Below are positions 23,779 to 35,078 of a stretch of DNA of 64,000 nucleotides, piece by piece. The stretch is from an uncultured delta proteobacterium (GTDB taxonomy: Bacteria > Myxococcota_A > Polyangia > Fen-1088). The notes under the pieces were generated by a model, which was not told where the DNA came from, did no database searches, and worked only from the letters and a program-made list of their open reading frames with translations. Made by a program: the position numbers and the translations under genes. Every line of letters begins with the position of its first letter. Within the stretch, counting starts at the first letter, position 1. The stretch lies in assembly GCA_963767925.1 (NCBI GenBank), contig CAVYGB010000010.1:1312001-1376000 (forward strand), written 5' to 3'.

Positions 23779-25054
23779 CCGGTTCGGGTTCGGCCTCGAC
23801 CTCGGCCCCGACCGGGACGGCGGCGGTGCGCTCGCCCCGGGCGATGGCCACCGCCACCGCCAGATCGCCGGTCACGTTGAGGGTGGTCCGGCACATGTCG
23901 AGCAGGCGGTCGACCCCCAGGATGAGGCCCAGCCCCTCGGGCGGCACCCCCACCAGGCCCAGGATCATGGCGATCACCGGCAGCGACCCGGCCGGCACGC
24001 CGGCGGTGCCGATGCCGGCCAGCACGGAGATGACCATGACGGTGGCCTGCTGCCCCAGGCTGAGGTCGACCCCCGCCATCTGGGCCAGGAACAGGACGGT
24101 CACCCCCTCGTAGAGCGCGGTGCCGTGCTGGTTCATGGTCGAGCCGACGGTGAGCACGAAGCGGCTCAGCCCCCGGGGCAGCCGCAGCTCGGTGTCGGCC
24201 ACCCGCAGGGCGGTGGGCAAGGTCGCGCTCGAGGAGGCGGTCGAGAAGGCGGTCAACATCGCGACCCGCACGTCCCGGAAGAAGCGGCGCGGGCTGGTCT
24301 TGCCCACCAGCTTGATCAGCAGCGAATAGACGACGAACATGTGGATCGAGAGCCCCAGCACGACCACACCCACGAAGGCGGCCAGCGGCCCCAGGAACCC
24401 CGCCCCCAGGCGCACCCCCATCACGAAGAGCAGCGCCCCCACGCCGAAGGGCGCCACCCGCAACACGCCCTCGATGCAGGTCATCATGACGTCGTACAGG
24501 CCCTGCATCAGCTCGCGCAGCCGCAGGGCCGCCTCGCTGCGGGTCAGGGCCAGGGCGACGCCGAAGATGAGGGCGAAGACGATCACCCCGATCATGTCGC
24601 CGCTGGCCGCCGCCTTGATGGGGTTGTCGGGCACCATGCTGACGATCAGGTCGGCGGCCCCCATGCGAGGGGCGGTGGCGGCGGCCGGCGCCTGGCTGTT
24701 GCGGGCCATGGCCCGCAGCGCCTCGCCCGATCCCCCCGCGCCCGGGCGCACGGCGTTCACCAGGAACAGACCGATCAACACGGCGATGAAGGACAGCACG
24801 GCGGCGTAGCCGAGCGTGCGCAGCCCGACCCGCCCGAGCTGCCGCAGGTCGATCCCGGCGATGCCGACCACCAGGGCCGAGAACACCAGGGGCACGACCA
24901 GCATGAACAGCAGCCGCAGGAAGATCTGCCCGGCGGGCATGGCCAGGTTGGTCGCGATCCAGTCGACCCAGGCCGCGCCGGGCGCCAGGAAGTGGGCGGT
25001 CAGGCCCAGGACGGCGCCGATCGACATGCCCACCAACATCCGGCGCGGATTCAT
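23768..25054 (-). CDS. Dicarboxylate/amino acid:cation symporter (DAACS, GltP-like)
   Basis: FLRLLFMLVVPLVF, AFSTASSSATLP, GSTMNQHGTALY, GVDRLLDMCRT. Confidence 0.93.
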   Translation of the reverse strand: MNPRRMLVGMSIGAVLGLTAHFLAPGAAWVDWIATNLAMPAGQIFLRLLFMLVVPLVFSALVVGIAGIDLRQLGRVGLRTLGYAAVLSFIAVLIGLFLVNAVRPGAGGSGEALRAMARNSQAPAAATAPRMGAADLIVSMVPDNPIKAAASGDMIGVIVFALIFGVALALTRSEAALRLRELMQGLYDVMMTCIEGVLRVAPFGVGALLFVMGVRLGAGFLGPLAAFVGVVVLGLSIHMFVVYSLLIKLVGKTSPRRFFRDVRVAMLTAFSTASSSATLPTALRVADTELRLPRGLSRFVLTVGSTMNQHGTALYEGVTVLFLAQMAGVDLSLGQQATVMVISVLAGIGTAGVPAGSLPVIAMILGLVGVPPEGLGLILGVDRLLDMCRTTLNVTGDLAVAVAIARGERTAAVPVGAEVEAEPEPVSG

Positions 25055-25113
25055 GGGCGCTACTCTAGTCGCGGCCCCGACGGATTCACAAACGGCGCTC
25101 GGTGCCGGGTGTC

Positions 25114-25150
25114 GGGTATTACCCAATGTCACCCAATGGTACCTAACGTT
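25114..25150. promoter_or_regulatory. Phased 10-bp direct repeats plus short palindrome between divergent genes
   Basis: ACCCAATGTC/ACCCAATGGT/ACCTAACGTT at 25121, 25131 and 25141; GGGTA-T-TACCC at 25114-25124. Confidence 0.5.
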
Positions 25151-25196
25151 AACTCAGACCATTCCCTCAGGAAGAACCCGGTGATAACGTCACTCC

Positions 25197-26261
25197 ATGG
25201 ATGGGCGCGTCCTAATGCTATGTGTCGCCGTCCTGGTGGGGAGTTGTCACACACAGCCGGTGGTGCCGGAGGGGCAGGCGCTCGCGCCGCCGCCAGCGCC
25301 CGTGCGGCGGGACGCGGGCAGCGACGCGCCCGGCACCTTCACCGCCACCCCCGCGCCCCGGCCGCCCGACGCCGAGCCGGAGCCCGATCCCGATCCGCCA
25401 CCTCCGCCGGTCGGCGCGCCCAACGCGGACGCCGGCGCCTCCCCGTCGATCGATGCGCCCCGGCCTCCGGTCGACGCGCGCCCGCCCGCGCCGCCGGTGC
25501 GGATGGACGCGCCGGCCGTGCCCGCGCAGCCGCCCCGCCCGGGGCCCTGGTGGCGGCCCTATGTGGGGGCGAGCTGGGACTGGCAGCTCATGTCGCCGGT
25601 CGACCCCAGCTACGAGGTCGAGATCTACGACATCGACCTGTGGGACAACTCGGCCGCCGTCATCGCCGATCTGCACGCGCGCGGGCGCAAGGTCATCTGT
25701 TACGTGAACCTCGGCGCCTGGGAGAACTGGCGCGAAGACGCCGGCCGCTTCCCCCGGGAGATCGTCGGCGCGGCCTACGACGGCTTCCCCGACGAGAACT
25801 GGCTCGACATCCGGGCGATCAACGTGCTCTTGCCCATCATCCGCTCGCGCCTCGACATGGCGGTGGCCAAGGGTTGCGACGCGGTCGAGCCCGACAACAT
25901 GAACGGCTACGACCTCAGCACCCACGAGCCGACCGGCTTTCCCCTCACCTACCAGGACCAGATCGTCTACAACCGGCTCGTCGCCGCCGAGGCCCACCGG
26001 CGCGGGCTGGGGGTCGGGTTGAAGAACGACCTGCACCAGGTCCGGGATCTGGTGGGGGACTTCGACTTCGCGGTCAACGAGCAGTGCTTCGAGTTCGAGG
26101 AGTGCGAGCAGCTCCTGCCCTTCATCGAGGCGGGCAAGCCGGTCTTCCAGACCGAATACAACCTGCCGCTGGAGGCCTTCTGCCCCCTGGCCAAGGAATA
26201 CCGCTTCAGCTCGATCAAGAAGACCAACGACCTCAACTCGATCCGCGAGCGCTGCCCCTAG
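25197..26261 (+). CDS. GH114 endo-alpha-1,4-polygalactosaminidase lipoprotein with Pro-rich linker
   Basis: VGSC lipobox; SWDWQL, YDIDL, VICYVNLGAWENWR, KGCDAVEPDN, GLKND, FAVNEQC. Confidence 0.9.
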   Translation: MDGRVLMLCVAVLVGSCHTQPVVPEGQALAPPPAPVRRDAGSDAPGTFTATPAPRPPDAEPEPDPDPPPPPVGAPNADAGASPSIDAPRPPVDARPPAPPVRMDAPAVPAQPPRPGPWWRPYVGASWDWQLMSPVDPSYEVEIYDIDLWDNSAAVIADLHARGRKVICYVNLGAWENWREDAGRFPREIVGAAYDGFPDENWLDIRAINVLLPIIRSRLDMAVAKGCDAVEPDNMNGYDLSTHEPTGFPLTYQDQIVYNRLVAAEAHRRGLGVGLKNDLHQVRDLVGDFDFAVNEQCFEFEECEQLLPFIEAGKPVFQTEYNLPLEAFCPLAKEYRFSSIKKTNDLNSIRERCP

Positions 26262-26289
26262 CCCAGCCCGTGGAGGGGCGAGAGCGGTC

Positions 26290-27727
<1,438 letters not shown>

Positions 27728-27791
27728 GCCAGATCATATCGGCACGGCAGAGAAAATAGTGACCGGGCCAAAGTGTTTTTCCCTACGATTT

Positions 27792-28433
27792 TTAGGCGGA
27801 CGCATCAGGGGATTCAGGGTGGGTGCCGGCGTCCTCCGGCGTCAGGAGGTGGCCAACCTCGAGCGACTTTTTCGGCGAAACCTGCGGATCGGCGGGGCTT
27901 TCCTCGCGCAGCCGCTGCGCGATCTGCATGCGGGCCCGGAAGCGCCGCACCCGCAGGGTCTGCGGCTTGATGCCGGTGAGGGCGGTGACGTCGGAGGTAG
28001 GCAGCCGCCGGACGTCACACAGGTAGAGCAGGTTGCGATCTTCGACGGCCAGGTCGCCGAGCGCCTGCTCGAGCCGCTGCAGCATCCGGCGCCGCTCGAG
28101 CTCGTCGAGGGGGCTGAGCGCCGCCTCGGGCGCCTGCTCCATCATCCCGACCCGCGAACGTCCGCTGCGCATCTGGTTGCGCCAGCGGCGGCGAACGATG
28201 TTCTCGGTGATGCGGAACAGCCAGGGGCCGGGGGTGCGCAGCTCGGTCAGCTCTCCCAGCCGGCGGTGCACGACGAGGAAGACCTCCTGCACGATGTCCT
28301 CCGCTTCCACCGCCGAGCGGGCCAGCTTCGTCGCCCAGCGGGCCACCGCCGCGCCGTAGTCGCGATAGAGCGAAGCGGTGTCGACGGGAGCAGAGTCGGT
28401 ATCGAGGGTTCGACGCGCGAGAGCGATTGCCAT
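27792..28433 (-). CDS. ECF RNA polymerase sigma factor
   Basis: AEDIVQEVFL and WLFRIT (region 2); TLRVRRFRAR (region 4). Confidence 0.88.
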   Translation of the reverse strand: MAIALARRTLDTDSAPVDTASLYRDYGAAVARWATKLARSAVEAEDIVQEVFLVVHRRLGELTELRTPGPWLFRITENIVRRRWRNQMRSGRSRVGMMEQAPEAALSPLDELERRRMLQRLEQALGDLAVEDRNLLYLCDVRRLPTSDVTALTGIKPQTLRVRRFRARMQIAQRLREESPADPQVSPKKSLEVGHLLTPEDAGTHPESPDASA

Positions 28434-28445
28434 GAACCCTGAATC

Positions 28446-28461
28446 AGCAACCGAGGTGCCA
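28446..28461 (-). promoter_or_regulatory. Sigma54 -24/-12 promoter
   Basis: Minus strand TGGCAC-CTCGG-TTGCT matches the consensus TGGCAC-N5-TTGCW, 12 nt upstream of the ECF ATG. Confidence 0.8.
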
Positions 28462-28582
28462 GGCCGTTGCCGCTGCGATCCGCTCCCCGAACCGCCGTGC
28501 CGCCGCCCTTTGACGCTGCCCTGCTTCGCCCGCTGGAGGCTCGAGCCACCAGGCCCGAGCCTCCGCCTGCGGGCTTCTCCCC

Positions 28583-29830
28583 TCAGGGCCGATAGGCGAA
28601 GCCCAGCCCGCCCCAGACGCTCTGGTCGATGGCCCCGCCGGCGACCAGGGCGTCGCCCGGCCTGGCGTTCATGTCGAAGCCGTAGCGGCGCAGGCCGGCG
28701 GTGCCACGCACCTCGAGGTCGCGGGTGATGGCGAAGGCCACGGTCGCCTCGCCCTGCACGCCCCGCACGGAGGCCCGGGAGAAGCGGCCCGCCTCGCTGA
28801 TGGGGCCTGCGTCGAGCACGTGCAGGTAGCTCGCCCGCCCCAGCAGGGCGAGGCGCGGCAACACGGTGTAGCGCCCGGCCGCGCCCGCCGAGAGGGTGCG
28901 GTAGCGGACGTTGGGCGAGCCCCCCGCCTCGCTGCCGGTGATGAAGCTCGAGGCGGCGTAGCCGAGCTGGGGGGCCACGCTGAGCGCGCCCCAGCCCAGC
29001 CGGTATTCCAGGCCCACCGAATAGCCACGCACCTCGTTGCTCTGCCGGTTCTCACCGGGCGAGACCGAGCTGACGGCGAAGCCGTATTCGAGCGCGCCAA
29101 TCAGGCCCAGGGGGGCCAGGCTCTCCGAGATCAGCGCGCCGGGACGGAAGGTCACCTCGAGCGCGCTGGCGAAGGCGCTCTTGAGCCGGTATTCCGGCAA
29201 GCGGCTCAGGTTCTGGACGTAGGAGAACGACCGGTTGAAGACCCGGCCGTCGAGGGTGAGCTCGATGAGCTCGCCGGGCGGGCGCTCGCCGTCCTCCTCG
29301 AGCACCGTCTCGTCGTAGGCCGAGGTCTGGATCGGGCCATCCGACTCGGGCGCGCTCTTTATCGTGACCGCCTCCTCGACCAGGGCTTGCAGCCGGGGTG
29401 AGGTCTGGCGGGTCAAGGTCCGCTCCAGGCGATCGAGCCGCCGGCCGGTGACCAGCAGCCGCCCCACCGCGGTGCCGTTGTCGCCCCGGCGCACCACCAG
29501 CTTGACCATCCAGCCGCCGCGCCGGTCGAGCTTCTGGGTGTAGGCCGAGACGAAGGCCCGCACGTCGAGGGCCCGTCCCAGGCGGGCGAAGTCGGCGCTG
29601 CCGACCAGCCCCACCCCCTGGCGCTGGGCGGCGGCCGCCACGCTGGAGTCGGTGACCACGTCGTACCGGCCGGCCAGGCCGATCTCGACCGCGCCCTGGA
29701 TCCGTTCGGCCTGCGGGCCGGCGAACCCCTTGATGACCGCCACCCGGTGGGTGGACTCGCTGCTCCAGGCCGGAGCCGGAGCGACAACGAACAGCAAGAC
29801 AGCGACGAAAAAGACAATGGATCGAATCAT
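28583..29830 (-). CDS. Secreted hypothetical protein with beta-barrel-like C-terminal domain
   Basis: Signal peptide; alternating aromatic/Gly strands; ends VWGGLGFAYRP. Confidence 0.65.
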   Translation of the reverse strand: MIRSIVFFVAVLLFVVAPAPAWSSESTHRVAVIKGFAGPQAERIQGAVEIGLAGRYDVVTDSSVAAAAQRQGVGLVGSADFARLGRALDVRAFVSAYTQKLDRRGGWMVKLVVRRGDNGTAVGRLLVTGRRLDRLERTLTRQTSPRLQALVEEAVTIKSAPESDGPIQTSAYDETVLEEDGERPPGELIELTLDGRVFNRSFSYVQNLSRLPEYRLKSAFASALEVTFRPGALISESLAPLGLIGALEYGFAVSSVSPGENRQSNEVRGYSVGLEYRLGWGALSVAPQLGYAASSFITGSEAGGSPNVRYRTLSAGAAGRYTVLPRLALLGRASYLHVLDAGPISEAGRFSRASVRGVQGEATVAFAITRDLEVRGTAGLRRYGFDMNARPGDALVAGGAIDQSVWGGLGFAYRP

Positions 29831-29834
29831 GTGC

Positions 29835-30455
29835 TCAATTCTCCGATTGCGGTTCCACGCCACGGGCCACCGCGAGGCCGGCCCAATCCACCAAACAGGC
29901 AAGTTCGTCGGGGCTCAGCGGCGGCGCCGCGAACGGCATGATCTCGCCGCAGCCCTCGACCGCGCCGTACAGCTTCTCGAGGAAGTAACCGCGGGCCGCG
30001 CCCGCGCCCACCTCGAGGAAGTCCCGGTTGTTGCAGGCCGAGCGCACGCCGACGAGGCGGCGGGAGATGCCGGGGCTCACCAGGTCGAGGCCCTTGGTGG
30101 GGGAGACCTCACCGTGGCAGAGGCCGCACTTGGCGGACATGATGGCGAGGGCGTCGAGCCCCGGCGCGCAGCCGGAGGGAGCCGGTCCGGTCGCCTGATC
30201 CACGCCGCCATCGAGCTTCGGCGGGGGCGGAGGAGGTGGTGGTGGCGGAGGAGGAGGCGGCGGGCTCACCGATCCGCCGTCGGGATCCGACGGCACGGGC
30301 GGGGGCGGGGGCGGGGGACTGGACGGCGGGCCGCCGTCTGGAGTGACCCCGACAGCCTGGGTATAAGCGCTGGGATCGAGGTCGAGCCGACCTGAACATC
30401 CTGCCACCCCGGTCAAGCCAACTACCGCGAGCACGATCGAAAATCTGCTGGTCAT
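29835..30455 (-). CDS. Mono-heme c-type cytochrome lipoprotein with Pro-rich linker
   Basis: VAGC lipobox, CGLCH, distal IMP...LSPDELACLVDW. Confidence 0.8.
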   Translation of the reverse strand: MTSRFSIVLAVVGLTGVAGCSGRLDLDPSAYTQAVGVTPDGGPPSSPPPPPPPVPSDPDGGSVSPPPPPPPPPPPPPPPKLDGGVDQATGPAPSGCAPGLDALAIMSAKCGLCHGEVSPTKGLDLVSPGISRRLVGVRSACNNRDFLEVGAGAARGYFLEKLYGAVEGCGEIMPFAAPPLSPDELACLVDWAGLAVARGVEPQSEN

Positions 30456-30533
30456 CCAAACCCCCGAGTCGTCCTGGTATCGCCACTGCGAAAAAAAACC
30501 GCGTTCAAGCCAACTCGTACCGGCTAAGAAACG

Positions 30534-30566
30534 AAAAGCGCGGGGGGCTGTTTCCGCCCCCCGCGC
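30534..30566 (-). terminator. Intrinsic terminator after the di-heme gene
   Basis: 11-bp stem GCGCGGGGGGC/GCCCCCCGCGC followed by TTTTCGTTTC on the minus strand. Confidence 0.75.
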
Positions 30567-30580
30567 CCCGAGCTACGCGG

Positions 30581-32476
30581 TCACTCGCAGAGGTTGACGA
30601 CGCGGGGGTCGTTGAAGGTGTTGTTGCAGAACTCGGCGTTCGCAACGATCTTGGGGGCCAGGTCCCGGTAGATGCAGACGAAGTCGTCGCGCAGCACCAG
30701 CGGCGCGGTCGGCGAGCGGGGCAGGACGTCGTTCTGGAAGTCGTTGGCCAGCACCCGCTCCTTGAAGCGGATGAACTCCTCACCGAACTCCGAGGCCGCG
30801 CCGCGGAAGCCGACGTTCGACTCGTATTGCCCGACCAGGGCCATGAACTCCAGGTATTGCCCGTCGTTCCGGGGGAAGGCGCCGCCCGGGACGGCCTGCA
30901 CGATGGCCTTGTAGCGGTTGGCGTCGGTGTTGAACACGTCGGGACGCAGCACCCGCGGGTAGGTCACCTCGATCTCGTCGAGCTCGCCGCCCTCGAAGTT
31001 CGCGATGTGCGTCTCGGCGTAGCGGGCGATCTCGTCGGTGTCGCGGGGGCGCAACATGCCGCCGGTGCCGTGGCAGCCGTAGCAGGAGATGCCGTTCTCG
31101 ACGACGCCGTTGCGCCGGTTCGGGTCGCGCACGATGTTGATGGGCGCCACGTCGAGCTTGTTGCCGACGGCGTCGACCAGCATGTACCCCTGCATCCCGT
31201 TCGGCATGGTGAAGATCACCTCGCCGCCCGCGTGCTCGAAGGTGTGCACGAAGCCCTGCTCGTCCCGGTTGGCCGGCCCCAGGGGGTTGGCCAGCAGGTC
31301 GGCCCGACCCAGGTTGGAGTCGAAGTCGTAGCTGATCCAGAGGTATTGCCCCTGCGACCCCAGGTGGCGCTCCAGCATGCGGTTGTGCAGGGCCACGCCC
31401 GATTTGCGGAAGCCGATGCGCACCAGGTTGTCCGGCTCCTCGAGCCCCGGGTGGTTGATGTTGTCGTTGATGTCGACGCCCAGCCGCGCCGCCAGCTCGT
31501 CGACCGTGTCCGGCAGGTCGATCAGCACGTCGTACAGCGGGGCCTTGGTGGCGGTGGCCAGGAACCAGTCGCCGCGGACCACCGGGGCCTCGGTGTTGAG
31601 CTGCAGGTAGAGGGCCTCGTGGGCCGCCGCGTCCGAGCGGATGCAGTAGGGGTAAAAGCCGGTGAGCTGATCCCAGAGCTGCTCGTCCCAGCCCAGGTCG
31701 GCGAGCTGGAAGCGGAAGATCGAGCGGTGGGGATCGATGGTCGTCGCCTCGACCAGCTCACCCCGCCGCGACAGCGAGTTGAGGGTGAAGACGAACACCT
31801 GCCGGACCGCCTCCATCTCCGACTCGGAGCGCCCCTGTCCCACGTAGTGGGCGAAGCTGATGTAGCGGTAGTCGGACGAGCGGTCGCGCAGCCGGAGCTG
31901 GTCGCGCGAGATCTCGTCGAGCACGTCGGTGTCGTTGAGGATGGCGTCGGGTGGGCGCCGCATCCCCTGGATCCAGGTGCGGAGCGCGTCGACCTCGGTG
32001 GCGGTCAGGCGGCTGCCCTTGGGGGGCATGTCGCCCACCACCGCGATGCGGTCGATGAGCCGGGAGGCCGCCGCATCGCCGGGGACGATGATGTCCGACT
32101 CGATCATTCGCGACACGTCGAGGACCGAGCCCCAGCCCGCGGGGTCGGCCTGGCCGTAGGTGTGACAACCGGCGCAGCGGCCGGCCAGCACGGCGAAGGC
32201 CTCCTCGGTCATGTCGGTGGGAACCGGGCCGGACGACGAGGGCGGCGGGGGCGGCGGCATCGTGACGGGCGGCGGAGGCGGCGTCGGGGTGGGCGTCACG
32301 GGAGGCGCAGGCACCGGCGGCGGCGGCATTGGCACCGTGGGTGGCGGGACCATCGGATCAGGCTCATTGTTACCGGATCGCTCGGTGACGACGCCGTCTG
32401 CTTGGCAGCCCGCGAGGATGCCCGCGGCGGCCGTGATGAGGATAGACGTACGGATACTGGCTGCTCGCCGTTGCAT
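30581..32476 (-). CDS. Di-heme c-type cytochrome lipoprotein
   Basis: LAGC lipobox; CAGCH with IVPGDAAASRL..DMPP..WI (planctomycete cytochrome-c-like); second motif SCYGCH; GGGAGG RBS. Confidence 0.82.
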   Translation of the reverse strand: MQRRAASIRTSILITAAAGILAGCQADGVVTERSGNNEPDPMVPPPTVPMPPPPVPAPPVTPTPTPPPPPVTMPPPPPPSSSGPVPTDMTEEAFAVLAGRCAGCHTYGQADPAGWGSVLDVSRMIESDIIVPGDAAASRLIDRIAVVGDMPPKGSRLTATEVDALRTWIQGMRRPPDAILNDTDVLDEISRDQLRLRDRSSDYRYISFAHYVGQGRSESEMEAVRQVFVFTLNSLSRRGELVEATTIDPHRSIFRFQLADLGWDEQLWDQLTGFYPYCIRSDAAAHEALYLQLNTEAPVVRGDWFLATATKAPLYDVLIDLPDTVDELAARLGVDINDNINHPGLEEPDNLVRIGFRKSGVALHNRMLERHLGSQGQYLWISYDFDSNLGRADLLANPLGPANRDEQGFVHTFEHAGGEVIFTMPNGMQGYMLVDAVGNKLDVAPINIVRDPNRRNGVVENGISCYGCHGTGGMLRPRDTDEIARYAETHIANFEGGELDEIEVTYPRVLRPDVFNTDANRYKAIVQAVPGGAFPRNDGQYLEFMALVGQYESNVGFRGAASEFGEEFIRFKERVLANDFQNDVLPRSPTAPLVLRDDFVCIYRDLAPKIVANAEFCNNTFNDPRVVNLCE

Positions 32477-32637
32477 GAAGTACCTCCCCGGCGCCGAGCC
32501 GCCGCGACCATCGCGAGCCCTGCCCGACTTCCGTGTGTGTTGGAAATAGTTCCGCAACAGGTGCAATCGTTTCAGCGGGAGCGAAAAAAGTTCTCGGGCG
32601 GATCGGTAAAGGTGGGTGAGGGTCGTAGACTCGGCCC

Positions 32638-33438
32638 ATGCCGCGCTTCTCCGCCAACCTGCATTTCCTGTTTCCCGAGCGCCCCTTCCTCGAGCGGTTC
32701 GCCGCCGCCCGGGCCGCCGGATTCAGCGCGGTGGAGTTCCCCGATCCCTATTCGTATGAAGCGGAGGAGCTGCTGGCCCGGCTGCGCGACGAGCGGCTCG
32801 AGTGCGCCCTGCTGAACCTCCCCATGGGTAACCGGGCCCAGGGGGAGATGGGCCTGGCCGCGCTGCCCGACCGGGTCGACGCCTTCCGCGCCGGCGTGGC
32901 GGCCGGCATCGCGGTGGCCCGGCGGCTGGGCTGCCCGCGCCTCAACTGCCTGGCCGGCCGCCAGCCCCCCGGCGCCGACCCGGCCGCGCTGCGGGCCACC
33001 CTGGTCGAGAACCTGCGCTTCGCGGCCCGGGCCTTCGCCCAGGAGGGCCTCACCCTCTGCCTGGAGGCGATCAACACCGTCGACGTCCCCGGCTTCCTGC
33101 TCAGCGGGTCGCAGCAGGCGGTGGATCTGCTGGCCGAGGTGGGCGAGCCCAACGTGAAGGTGCAATACGACTGCTACCACATGCGGATGATGGGCGAGGA
33201 CCTGCTGCCCACCTTGACCCGCCTGCACCCCTTCATCGGCCACATCCAGATCGGCGACGTGCCCGGGCGGCACGAGCCCGGCACGGGCACCATCTCCTAC
33301 CCCCAGCTCTTCCGCCACCTCGACCAGCTCGGATACGCCGGCTGGGTGGGCGCCGAATACCACCCCTCGCGCCGGACCGAGGAGACGTTCGCCTGGAAAA
33401 CACCGGCGCCAGCCGGAGCGGGCTCGCGCGAAAGCTGA
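32638..33438 (+). CDS. hyi: Hydroxypyruvate isomerase family protein
   Basis: MPRFSANLHFLFPE, LEAIN, QYDCYHM, GHIQIGDVPGRHEPGTG. Confidence 0.9.
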   Translation: MPRFSANLHFLFPERPFLERFAAARAAGFSAVEFPDPYSYEAEELLARLRDERLECALLNLPMGNRAQGEMGLAALPDRVDAFRAGVAAGIAVARRLGCPRLNCLAGRQPPGADPAALRATLVENLRFAARAFAQEGLTLCLEAINTVDVPGFLLSGSQQAVDLLAEVGEPNVKVQYDCYHMRMMGEDLLPTLTRLHPFIGHIQIGDVPGRHEPGTGTISYPQLFRHLDQLGYAGWVGAEYHPSRRTEETFAWKTPAPAGAGSRES

Positions 33439-33579
33439 CCGGCGATCCGGTTGCACCGCCCGCGCGGGCTCGCCGTATCATCCGCGGCCATGCGCGCACC
33501 TGTCGCCCAGCTCGCGGCCGGCCTGGCCGGAGTGTTCGCGCCCTGCTGGCCTGCCCCGGAAAGCGTTAATCTCCGCCCC

Positions 33580-35004
33580 ATGCCGCGATCGACGAGGTTC
33601 CTCGGCCCCCTGCTGCTGCTCGCCCTGCCGCTCGGCTGCGCCTGGCTCCGGCCCGGCTCCACCAGCCCCATCTCGCCCCCCACCCCCCACCAGGCGGTGC
33701 CGCCCGGCCAGCCACCCTCCGAGGTGGAGGCGATGCTGGCCGAGATCGACCGCGCCCGCCTCCAGCGCACGGTGGAGACGCTCGCTGGCTTCGGCACGCG
33801 CCACACGCTCTCGGACACCACCTCCCCCACCCGGGGCATCGGCGCCGCCCGCACCTGGATCGAGGCCGAGCTGCGGCGCTACGCCAGCGAGCCCGGGGCC
33901 CGCAGCGAGCAGCCCCTGCTGGTCACCCGCGACAGCCACCGCCAGCCCCCCGCCCGGCGCGTCCCCCAGGAGACCGAGATCGTCAACGTGGTGGCCGAGC
34001 TACCCGGGTCGATGCCCGAGGCCCGCAACCGCCGCTACTACGTGATCGGGCACTACGACTCGCGCGCCACCGACGTGATGGACGCCCGGAGCGACGCCCC
34101 CGGGGCCAACGACGACGCCTCGGGCGTGGCGGTGGTGATGGAGCTGGCCCGGGTCATGGCCCGCCGGCGCTACGACGCCACCCTCGTCTTCATGGCCACC
34201 GCCGCCGAGGAGCAGGGCCTGTACGGGGCCCGCCTGCACGCCAACGCCGCCCGGGCCGCGGGCCACGATGTGCGCGCCGTGCTCAACAACGACATCGTGG
34301 GCGATCCCAGCTCCAGCCGCGGCGCCCCCTACAACCGCCAGATCCGGCTGTTCTCCGAGGGCCTGCCGGCCCAGGCCGAGCCGGAGGCGATCACCGAGCT
34401 GCGCAACCTGGGCGCGGAGAACGACTCGAGCTCACGCCAGCTCGCCCGGGCCATCGTCGAGGTGGCGGCCTGGCACGCCACCGACGTGCGGCCGCTGCTG
34501 GTGTACCGGCGCGACCGCTTCCTCCGCTCGGGCGATCACACCCCCTTCAACGAGCTCGGCGTCCCCGCCGTGCGCTTCACGGTCGTCGACGAGCACTACG
34601 ACCGCCAGCACCAGAACGTGCGCGTCGAGGGGGGCAAACAATACGGCGATTTGCCCCGCTTCGTCGACGAGAACTACCTGCAGGGGGTGGCCCGCCTCAA
34701 CGCCGCCGCCCTGGCCCACCTGGCCAACGCCCCCTCGGCCCCGCCCAGCCCCCGCATCGTCACGAGCGGCCTCAGCGAGCAGACGGCCCTGCAGTGGTCG
34801 CGCTCGCCCGAGCCCGACGTGGCGGGCTACGAGGTGGTCTGGCGCGAGACAACCAGCCCGGCCTGGCAATACACCCGCAACGTCGGCCCGGTCACCGAGA
34901 TCACCCTGGATCTGAACAAGGACAACTGGATCTTCGGCATCCGGGCCTACGACCGCCAGGGCTACCGCAGCCCCGTCGCCTTCCCCCGCCCCGGCGGTCC
35001 CTGA
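33580..35004 (+). CDS. M28-family metallopeptidase lipoprotein with FN3-like C-terminus
   Basis: PLGC lipobox; GHYDS, PGANDDASG, AEEQGLYG, LNNDIVG, GDHTPF. Confidence 0.9.
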   Translation: MPRSTRFLGPLLLLALPLGCAWLRPGSTSPISPPTPHQAVPPGQPPSEVEAMLAEIDRARLQRTVETLAGFGTRHTLSDTTSPTRGIGAARTWIEAELRRYASEPGARSEQPLLVTRDSHRQPPARRVPQETEIVNVVAELPGSMPEARNRRYYVIGHYDSRATDVMDARSDAPGANDDASGVAVVMELARVMARRRYDATLVFMATAAEEQGLYGARLHANAARAAGHDVRAVLNNDIVGDPSSSRGAPYNRQIRLFSEGLPAQAEPEAITELRNLGAENDSSSRQLARAIVEVAAWHATDVRPLLVYRRDRFLRSGDHTPFNELGVPAVRFTVVDEHYDRQHQNVRVEGGKQYGDLPRFVDENYLQGVARLNAAALAHLANAPSAPPSPRIVTSGLSEQTALQWSRSPEPDVAGYEVVWRETTSPAWQYTRNVGPVTEITLDLNKDNWIFGIRAYDRQGYRSPVAFPRPGGP

Positions 35005-35078
35005 CCCGCGCGACGGGTCAGCGGTCCCTCCGAACCCCACCCGACGCGCCGGCCAGCGGTCCCGTGTAGGATGCTCCG

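Noticed and set aside
30220..30320. Poly-Pro coding runs (also about 25380-25540, 32240-32350, 55300-55420)
   Set aside because: Ordinary low-complexity linkers of lipoproteins and kinases.
30488..32589. GCGAAAAAA shared upstream of both cytochrome genes as a regulon motif
   Set aside because: Short, low complexity, and at different distances from the start codons; may be ordinary promoter A-tracts.
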